A DNA stretch of 59,473 bases, the filler included, from Sphacelaria rigidula (taxonomy: Eukaryota): the NCBI GenBank assembly GCA_964200075.2. It is 7 parts of 7 records of this genome, joined end to end, with 100 filler letters (N's around TTAATTAATTAA, not from the genome) between each part and the next. Parts side by side here need not be neighbours in the genome. Positions count along the whole stretch, not along the records: positions 1 to 8,411 come from CAXNAA020011232.1; positions 8,512 to 16,922 come from CAXNAA020011233.1; 5 more parts are not named here. The stretch is one strand, 5' to 3'. The translations under genes were made by a program, and so were the position numbers. Below the pieces are notes generated by a model that searched no databases, had not been told where the DNA came from, and saw nothing but the letters and a program-made list of their open reading frames with translations. This document shows positions 1-12,107 of this stretch, in pieces (position 1 is the first letter of the stretch; each line of letters starts with the position of its first letter).

Positions 1-364
1 GTGCAAAAACTCACAAAACGCGATACAAGCAAACAGAAAGAAAGAAGAAAGAAAGAAGAAAGGGAGTACATACTGCCAGTTACTTTGGCATATTCGATAC
101 AGGCTGTCACTTTGTAGACTGTGATCTTACGGCCTATCTCATCCTGCGCTTTGTGCTGTACGTTCCCAAGATACCACCTCTATACCCGGGTTTGGTCATG
201 TCTGAACGTTGCACAGCCGTACTTTGTGCTGCGTGAGGTGTATTACTCCGGCTGGCTCTATCGCGTTTGGACCGTCTGTCCTCGTGGATGGCGTTGGGGT
301 GTTATGCAATGATATTGCATACGTTCTGTCTTCTGGCATAGAAGGCCGTTACATCGTTATTCAG

Positions 365-751
365 TTATACTGAATTGTAGTGAAGTGTAGTTACTGACTG
401 TAGTTGTAGTTGGGTTACGCTGGTTGCAAAGGCTGTCCCGGTCGGTTGTAGACCGTTTGCGAGAATATCGCCTGTCTGCAAGCTTGCAATCACGTCTGCC
501 TGGTGTCTCCTACATAGTCCTGCGTGCCTCGCAGCGTTTTCACTTGTCGCGGCTACTGTTTTGACGTTTGGTGAGCGAGCGGGGGGGGTGGTGTGCGCCG
601 GGGGGCAATGGGCTGCCCCAACCGCTCTTGCAGCTTTTTCAGCGAAACGCCTGGCAGCGTCCTGGCCGTGCATCTCAGCCACCTCTTCCAGCTTAGGGTC
701 GCTCTTCAGCGCTTCCACATGTGGTGACGGGATTTCTACGTGCTCCGCCAT
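365..751 (-). pseudogene. Unknown ORF with a protein-like N-terminus, possibly a retroelement gag remnant
   Basis: MAEHVEIPSPHVEALKSDPKLEEVAEMHGQDAARRFAEKAARAVG looks helical and coding-like, then decays into low complexity; no diagnostic motif. Confidence 0.25.
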
Positions 752-1060
752 ATCGTTGTCGCCGGCCGTATAGTGTGGCTTCCTACGCTCGCCAACTCTT
801 CTTGATGATTCAGCCCACCAAAATGGTGCACTACTCTAAGTTCAAGTATACTCGTGCGCGACTCTAACTTCAAGTATCCTAATATTATGACGCATTCGTG
901 CACCGAACTCGAATTGAGATATTTCACAGATTCTACTGAAAAAAATCACATATATATACAAGGTTCCCCTTTCCCCTCCGGGACGTTGAGACGGGCCTCC
1001 CCGGGCTGACGCAAGTCGAAAAAATATATTTTGTCAAGTTTTCCACGATCTTGAAGAGAG

Positions 1061-1290
1061 TTTTGTGGTTCGGGATCGACACCGCGCGAAAAAAGGCCAG
1101 TTTGAGCGACTTTCGGTGGCCAGAACACGCGCCACAGGTATCAGATGGCGCCAAAACTTGAACGGTAATGTACCGCTGAGCCTTCTCGGTGCGCTGCAAT
1201 AGGACATGTAGGAAAAAATGCCTCGCCGCCAGAGGAAACTCGGCAAGAACGGTGAAATTGTGAAGTGATACATGAACATAATATACATTG
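1061..1290. repeat. Diverged dispersed repeat, copy A
   Basis: Aligns with 2169-2398 (shared GCCAGAACACGCGCCACAGGTATCAGATG); adjacent 1302-1356 resembles ~17779-17832 in contig 3. Confidence 0.8.
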
Positions 1291-2168
1291 CGCGTAAGCA
1301 CTGACAGCGCTTGCACGACCGTGCCTCCTGAAGTGAGTACCTCGACACGCGATACCAAGATAGGTTCCGCGGAAAACGACATCATCGAGAGTGTACCCGA
1401 TACGGATCGATGCTCGTTTGCCGGGGCAGGAACCACCCAGCAGGTCATGACGTGGAAGTGAGCGCATCTGCGTGTCCATACAAGCGTTTACCGACGTCTC
1501 ACACAGTGTGGGCCGAGGGGACTCCGCTCTGAGGGCGTATCGATGGCATTGCCCAGAATCCGTATTCACTTCGTGCGTCTGGCGCACCACGTAAAACGTG
1601 CCGCCGATACGTGAAAATGCTATCTGTGTTGTGGTCTACCTCTGTGCCAATTTTCAGGCCGGTTCGTTCAGACACGGCGGAGAAATCAACAAGCAAAGTA
1701 ACGCTTGACTTGTACTGAAAATACAGTACTAAGCCGTCGAAAGATACATGAGGGGCGTACTCGTATGATTCTCCCTGTCACCCCTGTCACAAGGACAAAC
1801 CTGTCAAACCTATCACAAGGATATCCCTGCGCCAGTACTTCACAGTTGCATCCTACGGGTTGCATGATTACAGGGATTTCGGCACCCCGCTTTGCTGGTT
1901 TTACACAGTTGACCCACAGTGGCAACGTTTGCCCACGTGTGTGCCTTGTTCAACTCGTCTCACCGCACGGTCTGGTGTTTGCTGCTGACTAAGGCCAAGA
2001 CAATGTTCAATTGTTTTCAACTGCATTGCTGTCATGTTCTCGTGGCGGCATAAGCGTTTTACTCGTGCTCCCAAATGAACAAGAACCCGACGAAGAGGAA
2101 AACGGTGGGAAAATACCCCACCAACCATCATCCTGCTTCTTGAAGTGGTTCATGAAGTTGGGAAGGCG

Positions 2169-2398
2169 TTTGTGGTCCGGAATCGATACCCCGCGAAAAG
2201 GAGCCAGTGCGGGCGACTTTCGATTGCCAGAACACGCGCCACAGGTATCAGATGACAACCAGACCTGAACGGTATTGTACCGCTGCGCCTTCTTCGTGCA
2301 CTGCAAAAGGAAGCGCGTGATGGGATGCCTTGCCTCCAGGTAAAACTCGGCAAAAGCAATGAAAAAAGTGAAATGATACATGTACATGTAGAAGTTTG
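2169..2398. repeat. Diverged dispersed repeat, copy B
   Basis: Direct repeat of 1061-1290 with many substitutions. Confidence 0.8.
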
Positions 2399-2725
2399 TA
2401 CTGTTTTGCAAGAGTTTTGTCGATGCATACAATTGGACGCACTTCGCCCGTCGCGTGATAGCAATGGACAAACCCGACCCGACCGCTCCGGGGTTTCATT
2501 CTCGGTACATCCATGACGTATGCGTTTGGAGTCGTCTTCGGTCTTCAAGAGAAAATATGGTTGCCGTCGGTCTTTCGTGTTTCCATCTTTTCTTCTTTGT
2601 CAGGGCTTCTCATAAGGAGGCGCCTGGCCCGGGGACGGGAGGGGAGGGTTCCAAAAGGGTTCAAATAGAATATCCCCGTGCCTTAGATACACACTTAGAA
2701 TTCCTCTTGTACTTACAGTATCCTG

Positions 2726-2835
2726 CACGGGTGGCCACTGGAGTGCCTGCAACCTCAAATTTAGACGTTACAGACGTTGCACAAGGTCTGTAACGTCCAA
2801 ATTTGAGGTTACAGGCAATCCAGTGGCCACCCGTG
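2726..2835. mobile_element. 110-bp foldback MITE, CAC...GTG termini, 2-bp TSD (TG); CMC/EnSpm-like
   Basis: 50-bp arms with 3 mismatches; removing the element and one TG restores copia codons FLKP-GYCKYKR. Confidence 0.85.
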
Positions 2836-3248
2836 TGGCTTCAAGAAGGAAAGAAGCTTGACCTGGGGCTCTTAATCGTGGAATAGTTTAATCTGGTGAC
2901 TTCTTGCTAGGATTTGTCGTGGTTGCGGTACAATTCAAAGCATCTGCTTCCCAACGATACGACTCTGCCCACATCCTCTCCGGGACGTCTACGCCGTGCA
3001 ATTCCTCAGTTTTCATTCGTGCAGCTATAGCTGCTTACTCAACCAACGCTATCGCATGTTCAGCCACTCCGTTGTATTCAGGGCTATCTGCTGGTGTATA
3101 CTCTTGTCTCATGCCACGCGTCCCACATGAATCGCCGAAAGGTCCTGGAACCTCGCCTTCACCATCTGACTTTATAGTCTCTACAATCGAGGGAATGCGA
3201 TGCGATCTAAGATGTGCGAGATACTGTTCAAAAGCCTGTGTGATATCT

Positions 3249-3860
3249 CAAGGGTCTATCAAAACATATTTTGGCACACGTAGGCCCCAAGATCGAAAAT
3301 TTGAGTTTTTTTGGGAGGGGTAAGGGTAAGGGGGGGGGGCGCCCAGCCTGCTGTCCCCTAGTTTACTGTCGGGGCGTTGGCGGATGCGGTCAGCTGCCGT
3401 GTACAGATATCCTTGGCATGGAGACTGCTGAGATGACGGACACACCACCCCCCTCCAAGCTCATCACCAACCATGATTACATTCATGGGACGATATTCCG
3501 TGTCGTGGGCCTCGACTATCTGTCACTAATCCGGGCGAATTTCGCGAGGCGTGAGATAGTGTTGCTACTTTGGCTAGAGGCTGTTGCTACCGTGCGCCCG
3601 TGTATTTTACATAGATGAGTGTGAGCAATGCCGGAACCCGAGGTCATTAGGACAGGGGGGGCAAGGAACAGAAGCAAATATACGAACCTTGCAAAGCCCG
3701 CCAGACATTTCGGGTTTTGCCGGTATTTCTTGATGAATTTCTTGTAACAGTATCAACAAAAAAATCAAAACAATCACGACAATTTTGAAATATTGCCCTC
3801 CAGAAGGGAAGGGGGGGGGGGGGGCTCCGCGTCCGAAACACTTATCTCGACCGACCCTTG
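3249..3860. mobile_element. 612-bp non-autonomous DNA transposon with 7-bp TSD GATATCT; P-element-like
   Basis: CAAGGGTC...GACCCTTG termini; GATATCT at 3242-3248 and 3861-3867; removal restores integrase frame CRSDITQAFEQ. Confidence 0.85.
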
Positions 3861-5130
3861 GATATCTGACCTGCAGTTTCCGAAGTACGTCCAAACGTTT
3901 TCGCGAAAAGTCACCCTGACTGAGAAAGGGGCATCTCATACTACGAACACTCTCGACCGGCTTCAGACCCGACGCATCCATGAGTACACGTGCAAACGAC
4001 TCAACTGCTCTTGAGATGACTCTTGACCAACGAGCACCCCCTGTACTCCATCAAATCCCCCACCAAAGTCACCCTGTGCTACTTCGCGGTTTCGCGCAAC
4101 AAACACTCGTGCAGGTGGCCGTGGGAGTGGTGAAAAACGTAAAGCGTTTCTAGGAACGGATTTCTCTGCTGAACATGAACATATCCAGTTCACGTGGGCT
4201 TCATACTAACCACTGTGCAAATTCCAGAAATGTTGGGTGAGATTATCCGCTGTATTTTCTCAGGTCTGAACGAACGCGAAGCGAGTGCTGTATCTCAGCT
4301 TTTGAGAGCCGTTTTGATTTCATCGGATGAGGCCAAATATTATAGCTTTTCTCCCTTGTACAATTCATGAGTATCGACTTGCTGCAGGCAGTCACAACAG
4401 CAAGGAGAAAATTCGGCCTTCTTTGATCTTCCGTCGACTGCGCTGCTTGAAAGTTTACCTCAGAATGACCAATGTGAAGGCAGGGTATTTTTAATACAAA
4501 ACGCTTAGTTCTGGTGGAATCGTATCTCGTCTCAGTCTGTGATGGTACAGTGTAATTGTTAAAAGACACACAGATACATACATCCGACTGTACATGGGAC
4601 AAACTCATAGAAAACATAAAACATACCCACATGGTTCATGCTAGCAACGTTAAGTCACCGCCAGATGCATATTTTTTCACTCCGCATGCCAAGAAGGTCT
4701 CCATGAACGTCCAACCTCTCGTACATCTCCTCAACTGAGATATGCGAAACTTGTGTCCTTGTGCCAAACGTGGAGCAATACCAAAAATGACAAAAACACC
4801 CCTCAACATGCAATTCATTGGATCTTGGCGCAACGTCCTCACTCGCACGTGTGTGTGTGAATGTGTGGGTATGTGTGTGTGGGGGTGTGGGTGAATAGTA
4901 GCGGTGACGAAAACATCGCCCTGCTTTCCCACGACGTGTTCTGCAGCGCATAGAGGTACGTCCTGTCCAAACCGAGAGGCAGAGAGGAATCGATATTTGC
5001 CTTGGTCAGCGCCACAAACAACATACGATTATATCCGTCAAGATGCGGCAACCCTGGGCACTCCGATCTTCTCTTCGGGGCTGTGCAACAAGCCCCTGTC
5101 AGGATTAAACGGCGTGTAGTATCTTGAACG

Positions 5131-5423
5131 TGTCGCAGGGGCAGGCGCCACAGCTGCTAAGCTGATCGGAAGGAGGATGTAAACACAAAGTACGCAGCTT
5201 ATATTGATGGTTCCCGAGAACGTGAAGAGAAGAGTAAACAAGAAGGTGACCATATACAGATCTACAGTACCATCAATCTGACGGTTACAACAAGTTGAAC
5301 TGAAACGAATCACACCGACTATTATGTGTCTATCAGTCCGCATGACAGGCTGCAACTATGACAACGCCTTAATGATCTTGAGCGTTGACTACTGAATGAA
5401 TAGAAGTATATCATTTCTTGACA
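5131..5423 (-). repeat. 3' LTR (293 bp) of the copia element
   Basis: TGTC...GACA termini; polypurine tract GAGGGGAAG (5424-5432, minus) directly abuts the TG; no 5' LTR in the contig to confirm. Confidence 0.7.
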
Positions 5424-5873
5424 CTTCCCCTCAACAGAAATAGCATCTTGAAAGTACCATACGCTATCACGATCATCTTCAATTGATAACATCAGTATAA
5501 TGTTGAAACGTTCACGAACAGTATACTCTCATCGAACACACCAAACCTTGACTAACTGATTCCAAAGAAGCTACAGATAGCAAATGCATACATCCAAACT
5601 TAAAACTAGTAACGCTACTGCTACGATAAGCTACCCACTCCTTGTTTATGCTAATAAAACTACTGCTACGGTAAGCTATCCACTCCGTGTCAGTCGTGCT
5701 TTCGTCGTCGTCGTTGTCTTGGTCTTGATTGCTTGAACAGTCACATCGGTGTTGGTCCAATCAGAACCTGAGTAGTTTTCTTTCAAGAAATAAGACGCAA
5801 AAGTTACACAGAAGGAAGACACAAAGGGCAAGACACGAAGGCATGCTCCTCCGCCTCAAACTGGTCCACCCTC

Positions 5874-6349
5874 TCAAGCCTTTTGTGAGTTATTGAAGTT
5901 CTTGATGAGATTCATAAGGTAACGGAACCTCTGAGTTGCAAGGAACTTTGTTCCAATGTTAGCTATTTGATTCTTTGTTTCAATGTAATGAACTGTGATC
6001 TTCCCAGATTCCACCAATTCCCTCATGAAGAAAAAACGCAGAGCGACGTGTTCCGTCCTTCCGCTGAAAATACGGTTGGCAATCACTTGAAGAGTTGCTA
6101 TGTTGTCCAGGTAGATAGGTACAGTGTTGAGCGATGATCCACATCCCATCTCAATAATCATATTCGAGCAATAGACCGCCTCCTTGATGGCAATAGCTCC
6201 GGCAACCAGTTCCGCTTCCATCGTTGATTGTGCAGTAAGTCCCTGTAGCCTGACTTTAAAGGTGACCGGGGTTTCGCCGGCATGATGATGTTTGATGACG
6301 TGGATTTGGAGTTGGCGGGATTGTTCCCCCAGATTGCGTCAGAAAGCCC
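5874..6349 (-). pseudogene. Copia RNase H domain (frameshifted)
   Basis: SDAIWGNNPANSKSTS, TAQSTMEAELVA, IYLDNIAT, RTEHVALRFFFMRELV, NQIANIGTK. Confidence 0.92.
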
Positions 6350-7311
6350 GTCGACTTGCTGATGTACTTAAAACCCCCAATTGTTTCTGGGGTAATCGGT
6401 CCCATCATATCACCAATTATTAGTTCGTATGGACGAGATACTTCGCAGACGATGGTCTTGGGGTGAGCCTGTTGTTCACTTTTGCCCAACGCACACGTGT
6501 CGCACGGAGAAAGATTCCCCGTGAAAAACACCCCATTCCCGTCGATGCCTCGTATCGTATGAAGTGTCTGGCTAGACACGTGTCCGAGGCGCCGGTGCCA
6601 CAATTCTGCGTCCGCCGTTGTTAACATCGCCACTGTATTTGTTGTTTCCCCTTCGGCTGAAGCCACCTGCCTCCCTGTACCCGCGCCGGCCGAACGATCC
6701 ACGCGTATGATGAATGTGTATAGACCGTGGTCATGGAGCGACTGTTTCAGGGATAGTTGGAAAGATGCGACTTCCAAGCGTGGATCCGCCGGGTCGAACA
6801 CGACGTTGATTCCTCTTGTAACAGCGTTCTTGACGGAGAACAAATGGTGCCCCAGACCTTGTACTTCAAAAGATGGGAGAGATACTTCGTAAGAGACTCC
6901 CTGTTGGTCTGTTACCGTTCCTAGGACAGTAACTGAAGCTGTAGCATTTAACACATGATCTCCGGCCGCAGTTATTTGAAAGAGATTGGGAAAAATGGTG
7001 TAGTCGGGAACGGTCTCCAGTAAGCCAGGATTCAAAAAGTTGTCAAGAAAATTCTCGGTTGTCCCGCTGTTGACCAGTAGGGAGAGTAGAGTATCAGAAG
7101 CCAGCAAAGCTACACCCATGGTGGGATGTCCCGTTCTACTTTCCGTGAATTCCCCGATCGCTACATATGTCCGACCGTCCCCGGCGGGTGGCACTCCAGG
7201 CTGAATCGGTCTCCCGAGGGAGAGAGTTGAAGCTGGTTGATTGACAAAAGACATCGTAGCCGGGGGCCATAGCAGAACATGATAAGCCTTCATTCTGAGC
7301 TGTGGGGCCAC
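6350..7311 (-). pseudogene. Copia protease, GAG-pre-integrase and start of integrase
   Basis: LLVNSGTTENF (DSG changed to NSG), LGHHLFSV, LWHRRLGH...CDTCALGK, GDMMGPITPETIGGFKY. Confidence 0.9.
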
Positions 7312-7323
7312 TGACCGCTGTAC

Positions 7324-7700
7324 CTACAGCTTCTGAACTACCACAGCTGGGTATCTTGTTGCTGTAGCACCAGCCGTTGGTTGCGACTGGTGTGCGGGTG
7401 CACCGATGACTGCGTTAGAAGGGTACGCTGCCATATGCGCGTAGTGCGCCACACAAGCAGCGGCACTCTCTTTTTGAATGCGGCAGTCAGCATCGTCATG
7501 TGTTTTGGAACGATGATGAGAGCACCACTTCGCCGTTTTCTCTTTACCGTTCATAGTATTGCTCCCTTTTGCCCTTCCCCCTCCGCGTTGTGACGAACTC
7601 TCCTTTTTGGTTGCTTGAGAATTGGTGGGGCAATCCCGCCGGTAGTGTCCGAGTCTGTTGCAAGCGAAACACTTGATGCCTGCTGCCTCAGCAGACAGTG
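7324..7700 (-). pseudogene. Copia gag C-terminus with CCHC zinc knuckle
   Basis: IKCFACNRLGHYRRDCP (7621-7680) and WCSHHRSKTHDDADC. Confidence 0.85.
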
Positions 7701-7811
7701 CAGTGCCGGGTCCAGCATATTTCGTGGCCCGTGGCGAAGGATAAATAGTTTTATCTTTTGTATTATTGGAGAATGCCTAGACTGAGTTGACCCTATGACT
7801 GAGGGATCAGA

Positions 7812-7955
7812 TGTTGAGTGTGCTCAGCAGGCAGCGTGGTAGCTGCAACGAGCGGGGTACTGTAGTCACACACACTCGACTACCAGTACTCGCACGTCCG
7901 CATGAATCCATCCGTACATGTGCATGCTCACTCACTGTACCTGTTCACATGAACA
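7812..7955 (-). repeat. Candidate short 3' LTR of a different LTR element
   Basis: TGTT...AACA termini preceded on the minus strand by PPT-like AGAGGGGG; not similar to the 5131-5423 LTR. Confidence 0.45.
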
Positions 7956-8411
7956 CCCCCTCTGAACCGGTACATCAGTCGTCGTGGATTTTTCTAAAAA
8001 AACAAAACGTTTCAAAGGGGAAACCCGGCCATCCGGGCAAAAACCCCCTCCCCTCAACAGCTTGTGCTCCATCCAGATTATCCATGGACGCCGGTCAAAG
8101 CAGATACACGACATATCAGGAAACGCCCTACAAAACCCATGCCCCTCAAAGTAGCGTGGGTGGCTTCAAACAAAATACGCATAAATGCATCACTTGAACA
8201 TCTAAAAATACCCGGCAAGAGCACAATGGTACACACAAAAACCGTACGTACTCGTCACCTTCCAAGTTGATAAAAAAACGTCTGTGCCTCGTAAACAGGC
8301 TGAGACACTTTCTACGACAGCCCCCCCCCAAAAAGTGCAAGGTTTTGGGAGGCAAAATCTTTCCATTGATCGAAATGGGAAAAGCCGAGGACAACGAGAA
8401 GCTGGGAATTC

Positions 8412-8511
8412 NNNNNNNNNNNNNNNNNNNNNNNNNNNNNNNNNNNNNNNNNNNNTTAATTAATTAANNNNNNNNNNNNNNNNNNNNNNNNNNNNNNNNN
8501 NNNNNNNNNNN
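8412..8511. other. Artificial contig linker
   Basis: N44-TTAATTAATTAA-N44, with stops in all six frames; identical at six positions. Confidence 0.99.
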
Positions 8512-9781
8512 CACGAACTTGCGTCTCCACGTTCGCGAGAGCCTCGGGGCCCACCTTAACAAGGGAGCGTGAAAAAGAAGTGAAGAGCAAGCTCGCATCC
8601 GAAAGCAGCATGTTGAGCTGTCGGCGTGACATCACCCCCCCCGGCGATCAATCCATCAGCATGCCGCTCGCACACTTCGCACTCCGCCCTTTTTTTTTGT
8701 TTGTGCTCAGTTTCAAGGGCACTGATTGCGGTAAATTCAAATGTCATCACTGATGAGTGCGGGATTTTAAGCTCTAACGTGTAGTTCCGGGGCTTAACGG
8801 GGCCGCTATGTAGCAAGTGTGGTCAATGCATTCAGAACTACGTCGCGTCTTCGGTGCTTCTTGCCCAGACACACGTAAAGACACATACACGGGCAGACAG
8901 GCAGAGAAGCAAGTCAGCCAGTTAGAGAGACAGAGAGACGGACCGACGGGCAGATACAAGACAGGCACACCCTTAGTCGGCAGTTTGCAGGTTCATGATG
9001 CAAAGTTGAACATCGCACGATTTGGATGCAGATTGACGGGCTCCGTGAAATCAAATCACCAGCCGAGTAACTGAACATACCCGCACCAGCAATAATTTGG
9101 GTCTTTCTTCGTCTGGGTCCGCGTCACGGTTGTACCGGTGGAGGTGTAACCGACGTGAGGAGGCGTTGTGGTATCCGGTACCACAATCAATTTGTTCATG
9201 TACTTGGGGGCTCTTTCACCATTACTCTGCAGGAACTAACAATACCATCAGCGATTAGCACGATAATGCTTGTGTTCAGGTGTTACTCATTCGCTCCTGG
9301 TTCTCAGGATGCTCTAGTCAGGAGAAAGTGGAGATGATACGCATTTCATTCGTGTAATAGACTGTATCTTGCTCAGTACTTGTAGGGTCACGTACAATAG
9401 CAAGGTCATGATGTGCACGCGAGACCCCTTTTTTTCGTGTCAGCGTGGTCAGGTTGCTGACCAGGTTCCAGGGCAGATGCACCACACTTTTTTGCACCGT
9501 ACGTATGACGGAAATAATAATTCCGACGTACGTCCTTGGCGGCGTGCTCCCTGCTGCTCCCCTCACCCAGCTCACTTCCACGAACATCCTCTCGTTCAAC
9601 GTGTTGGTTGCGTCCAGTACGGCTGCCCCTGAAAGTCGTTCAACTGACGGTGAGTGGGTTACATGTTCCAGTCGAGGCGCCGCTGTAGGTGTTCTCGCAT
9701 TGCTCACATGTCAAACGGTATGTCCACGGTTAACGAAGTATAATAGCGTATGTTGGTCTTTCACGGGATGACGAGCATCTC

Positions 9782-9992
9782 TGTGATGCGTGAGAGGACC
9801 GCGTGCTTCGAGGACCGCGCCGTAGTTCAAAGCACCCCAGGATGAACGTTTTTCAAAACCAATCGGGCCAGTCCCTGCAGGTACGACGCCCCTGACTGAA
9901 ACCCCGACCCTAACCCCGACCCCAATCATAACCATCGGGATGTTCAAATCCCGGTGCGATCCTCCAAGCCCGCGGTCCTCTCACGCATTACA
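9782..9992 (+). mobile_element. TGT...ACA MITE family, copy 1
   Basis: ~37-bp TIR TGTAATGCGTGAGAGGACCGCGTGCTT...; internal CCCTAA-like repeats. Confidence 0.85.
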
Positions 9993-10151
9993 AACACGGG
10001 GTGAGTGGAACGGCATTCTAGCCTTGGTCCCCAACCCCGTCAGGCTTACTTCATTGTTGATCGTCGAACTGGAGACGTGAGGATCTTTCTCGCCTCGACC
10101 CGTTTTGCCTGAGTGCACATCATGGACCATCTATTACGCCATCTATTACGT

Positions 10152-10362
10152 TGTAATGCGTGAGAGCACCGCGTGCTTCGAGGACCGCGCTGTAGTTCAA
10201 AACACCTCAGGATTGATGTTTTTCGAAACCAATTGGGTCAGTCTCTGCAGGTACCACGCCCCTGACCATGAACCCAACACTAACCCCAACCCTAACCCCA
10301 ACCATGGGAATGTTCAAATTCCGATGCGGTCCTCTAAGCACGCGGTCCTCTCACGGATTACA
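10152..10362 (+). mobile_element. TGT...ACA MITE family, copy 2
   Basis: Full TIRs; flanks ACGT/ACTT fit a 4-bp TSD with one mismatch. Confidence 0.85.
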
Positions 10363-10750
10363 ACTTCGTCGACATACGTACTGGATTCTTTGTCTCCCGC
10401 AATACATCTGCAGTCGACACTGTACGTAGGACACGTTTCGACAAGCTGATATTTTGTCCAGGGTGTGCTGTAGTGTTGCTTCCGTAGCGGGGAAGTGGCG
10501 TTTTTCTCTATTCTAGGTGCGCTTGTTCATTTCCTGCCTTTTCCGTGGTCGATGTGTCTGACCTGGGGGCAAAGGATGCGCACAGTGTGCAGGTATGGCT
10601 CGAGCTCCGCCATTTCGATGAGGTGATGACTGGCACTCCCTGCCATATGTAGTACAGTAGTCAATCCGGAAGCGAAGAAGCCAGTGGTGGCCGTGACGTC
10701 CTGCCATGGCTGTCGATCTGTCTCACTCCGTCAAAAGTCACATCAGTGGA

Positions 10751-10973
10751 TGTAACGCGTGAGAGCACCGCGTGATCGGGGGACCGCATCGGATCTTGAT
10801 CATCCCTACGGTCAGGGTCAGTGTCGGGGTTGAGGTTGGTGCTCGTGCTGGGGTTGGGGTCAGGGGCGCGGTTCCTGCAGGGATTGGCCCGATTGGTACA
10901 GAGAAGGGTCAATCCGGAGGTATTTTGTGCTACCATGCGATTCTTCAAGCACGCTGTGCTCTCAGGCATTGCA
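10751..10973 (-). mobile_element. TGT...ACA MITE family, copy 3
   Basis: Reverse-oriented diverged copy with both TIRs. Confidence 0.8.
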
Positions 10974-11455
10974 GCAATCATGATAACGTACTTCACGGTG
11001 AAGCGCTGACTTGACATATCATTGCTTGGGGCGGGTTGCCGACACATGCGTGTCCATTGCACAACTGGCGCTCGCCGACCGCGGTGCAGACGTTCGAGGG
11101 CGATCCAGATGTGATGAGAAGTTTCGAGACATGATGTGCCGGACACCGCGTTGGGCTCCGAAACACCACCCGTTTTTCTCGACGTGGATGACTAATGTAA
11201 CATACATCACTCACTCACTCTGCTGCTCCAACGTGATGCTTCGTCCTTCCTCACAGTCGCTGACCGTCTGGTTTTGAGGGGCTAGGGAAGGCAACAGTAG
11301 GGTTTGTACCGACAGCTGTCATGCATTGTTCAGAGTGCAACGATGCTCACCTCCCACGTCTAGTCGAGTGGAGTACGCGTGACTTCGTGCAGGAACCGAG
11401 CGGTGGATGTCACACGACTGAACTATGTCCGCCACAAACTCTGTGGAGTCCACCC

Positions 11456-11629
11456 CGTCATGCGTGGGAGTTCTCATGTGTGGAGTTGGGGTCAGGGTTG
11501 TTGTTGGTGCCATGGTCAGAGGCGTGGTACTTGCAGGTACTGCCCGATAGGTTTTGGGAAACGTCGATCCTGATGTGCTTTGAATTACGGTGCGGACCTC
11601 CGAGCACGCGGTCCTCCCACACGAGAACA
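11456..11629 (-). mobile_element. TGT...ACA MITE family, copy 4 (partly deleted)
   Basis: Shared core CAGAGGCGTGGTACTTGCAGG and TIR remnant. Confidence 0.7.
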
Positions 11630-11782
11630 CAGATCCCCCCCCCCCTCCCTGATGAGCGAACAGTTGTAATAAAACGTGTCCCCATGCCCCGCGTTCCAAG
11701 AGGAAACGCCCGAATGCAAATAACTCCAACCCACTGAACTTTTGAATTTACATCGTTATGGTCTGACAGGATCACCAGCGAC

Positions 11783-11864
11783 ATGTGGTCAGCCAGGCAG
11801 CTGTATGTTTGCGTGGTGGGCATCATCTTCTGCTTGTCGCTGTCATGCAGCCCCGCGGTGGGAG
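11783..11864 (+). CDS. Exon 1 of secreted Lys/Gly-Asp/His/Tyr diblock protein: signal peptide
   Basis: gacATG start; MWSARQLYVCVVGIIFCLSLSCSPAVG has n/h/c regions and an A-x-G cleavage site; donor G|GTACGT, phase 1. Confidence 0.75.
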
Positions 11865-11927
11865 GTACGTACTCCATGGGTAGTTCGCAATCGTGGTAGA
11901 TCTCTGCGGTAGACCTTGTCGGAGACC

Positions 11928-12107
11928 TATAATGCGGAAGGTGACCGCGTGCACCTGAACACCTTGGGTGTCGATTGTCGGGTGTCGGGGTTGGGGGTGG
12001 CGGTGGCGTTGGCGTTGGGTTCACAGCTGGGGCCAGGGGCGAGGTCCCTGCAGGAAGCGACCCGGTTGATGATGAAGGACGTCGATCCTGGGGTGTTTTC
12101 AGCTATG
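11928..12107 (-). mobile_element. TGT...ACA MITE family, copy 5 (truncated, inside intron 1)
   Basis: Diverged core and GGGTTG-type hexamers. Confidence 0.65.

Larger units (their letters stand above)
2670..4140 (-). pseudogene. Decayed Ty1/copia pol fragment (GAG-pre-integrase, integrase core, SH3-like region) interrupted by two DNA-transposon insertions
   Basis: Minus-strand peptides FHHSHGHLHECLLRETAK, DASGLKPVES, WTYFGNCRSDITQAFEQYLA, IKSDGEGE, RQEYTPADSPEYNGVAE, MWAESYRW..ALNCTAT, FLKPGYCKYKR; stops and frameshifts present. Confidence 0.9.
5131..7740 (-). mobile_element. Internally deleted, 5'-truncated Ty1/copia retrotransposon
   Basis: Order on minus strand: gag zinc knuckle, protease, GAG-pre-integrase, RNase H, 3'UTR, PPT, LTR; integrase core and RT are absent. 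Confidence 0.9.

Noticed and set aside
5501-5739. LTR candidate (TGTT...AACA)
   Set aside because: No adjacent PPT; 5131-5423 has a PPT and inverted termini, so this is probably 3'UTR
8456-8467. TTAATTAATTAA as a biological motif
   Set aside because: Part of the artificial linker
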